A DNA stretch of 63,571 nt, filler included, from Octopus bimaculoides (lineage: Eukaryota): assembly GCF_001194135.2 (NCBI RefSeq). It is 5 parts of 5 records of this genome, joined end to end, with 100 filler letters (N's around TTAATTAATTAA, not from the genome) between each part and the next. Parts side by side here need not be neighbours in the genome. Positions count along the whole stretch, not along the records: positions 61,855 to 63,571 come from NW_026363203.1; 4 more parts are not named here. One strand, 5' to 3'. Positions 62,343 through 63,571 of the stretch are shown piece by piece. The translations under genes were made by a program, and so were the position numbers. Under the pieces are notes generated by a model. It was not told the origin of the DNA. It did not search any database and saw nothing but the letters and a program-made list of their open reading frames with translations. Each line of letters begins with the position of its first letter. Within the stretch, counting starts at the first letter, position 1.

Positions 62343-62378
62343 CTTTCTGCCGAAGAGCGAAGGCTCGAAATGTCAAAG
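62343..62378 (+). ncRNA. Hammerhead-like motif with C at core position 6
   Basis: CTTT-CTGCCGA-A-GAGC(gaag)GCTC-GAAA-TG-TC-AAAG. Stems I and II are perfect, inside a repeat shared with 29725-29905. Confidence 0.6.
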
Positions 62379-62585
62379 ACTTTTTCATGCTTTCCGAGCA
62401 TTAAACTAATATACCTGCTTGTTCTTCCCTTACCTGTCTTCATCTTTTGTTTTCTGTAAATTTCAACTATACGTGTGTATGTATGTATGTATGTATATAT
62501 GTATATGTGTATGTGTGTGTGTGTATGTGAAAGAGAGAGAGACAGGGAGTGTGTGTACTATAGATATGTATATTATATGTATATA

Positions 62586-62618
<33 letters not shown>

Positions 62619-63357
62619 TAGCATTCACCTCTGTGACTGAAACGTCTTGATATTCATCTCACTTTTCGCTAATAAACACTGACGTTTGACCTACATTTGA
62701 TAGACGTGTAACCTATTCTAAATATATAAGCGGTAGTATATCGTTTGAAAAACTCCCTTTACACTTTATATTAATAGGATTAAATAATAAATCATATGAT
62801 GGAATGATACGTATAACTTTAAAAGAATCATGATAGCATATTTCTTAAAAGAAACAACAGAACTAAATCGGAAAAATGTCTTAAGAATTATATCGGTAAA
62901 ACGTTATAGAATATTTAAGATGAATAATGTGCATAATCTTCTTTCAATGCCCGTGTATTAAAGATATCAGCCATATTGACGTCAGAATTATTCAGGGATA
63001 GATCATTGGCTTTCGTAGTGGAATTTAAAAGACGGCAGCATCTAATATCGGAAATATATGAAAACGAGCATGTTATTAGATTTAGAACGTCTCTTATGCT
63101 ACTATAAATATAATAGTGTTGGAAAATCTAGATAAATAAACGATTACATAGGCAGTATTAAATTGATAGAATAAGCTTATTAATACATTATTGTATCAAT
63201 CACGGCGATATATTTTATTTTAGGAAATAATTCTTCATAAAGTGGCTAATAGAATGAATATCTATTGACTAAAAGGAGTAAAGTTGAAGAAGATTGTTTT
63301 TCTGAATACAATCAATGATTTATATTAACGCTATAGAGATGAGTGAATGTCGCTTAC

Positions 63358-63430
63358 TTATAATCGAGATGAGTGTGGAAAAAATATAACTTAGGAGGCC
63401 GAATGCTTATATATTTCTTATAATAAATGT
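63358..63430 (-). CDS. Exon of the unidentified minus-strand gene (xIYYKKYISIRPPKLYFFHTHLDY)
   Basis: cctgctttgcttctactacag acceptor, AA|gtaagc donor. Phase 1/2 joins 59022 in frame (AA+A = Lys). Confidence 0.65.
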
Positions 63431-63571
63431 CTGTAGTAGAAGCAAAGCAGGAAATCGTTCAAAATTAAAACTCATCTGTGGTTATCATTATGAAGATTCA
63501 TGTGAAAATTGCGCATGCGTCTCTGTTTGTCTGTTGCTTTTCTTTCAAAGAATATATATATACGAGTATAT

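Noticed and set aside
2-62640. ORFs made of CV, YI, HT, ER, LS or MYVC repeats
   Set aside because: Translations of (TG)n, (TA)n, (AG)n and (TATG)n microsatellites.

Overview
AT-rich, microsatellite-dense animal scaffold with many N gaps. The SINE families look like octopus (inference). Genes: two intact intronless class A GPCR paralogues (608-1522, 15842-16768) and a third pseudogenised copy (~23830-24534), all on the - strand; a multi-exon DTHD1-like (ZU5-UPA-death domain) gene on + (exons from 28968 to the stop at 42874), mostly missed by the ORF track; and three exons of an unidentified - strand gene (63430 to 51484). The rest is repeats: tRNA-derived SINEs, R4/Dong and CR1/L2-type LINE relics, hAT and pogo relics, MITEs, a foldback element and Penelope-like fragments. 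The best find is hammerhead ribozymes. A fully canonical type I hammerhead (13896-13940, - strand) sits in a heavily self-paired 350-bp unit that starts to repeat into the adjacent gap, which fits a retrozyme or viroid-like circRNA source. Eight more complete, partial or degenerate hammerhead-like motifs lie in several repeat families, some inside inverted-repeat elements and one family lacking the conserved A6. All alignments and folds were done by eye, and homologue motifs are recalled from memory, so they need computational confirmation.
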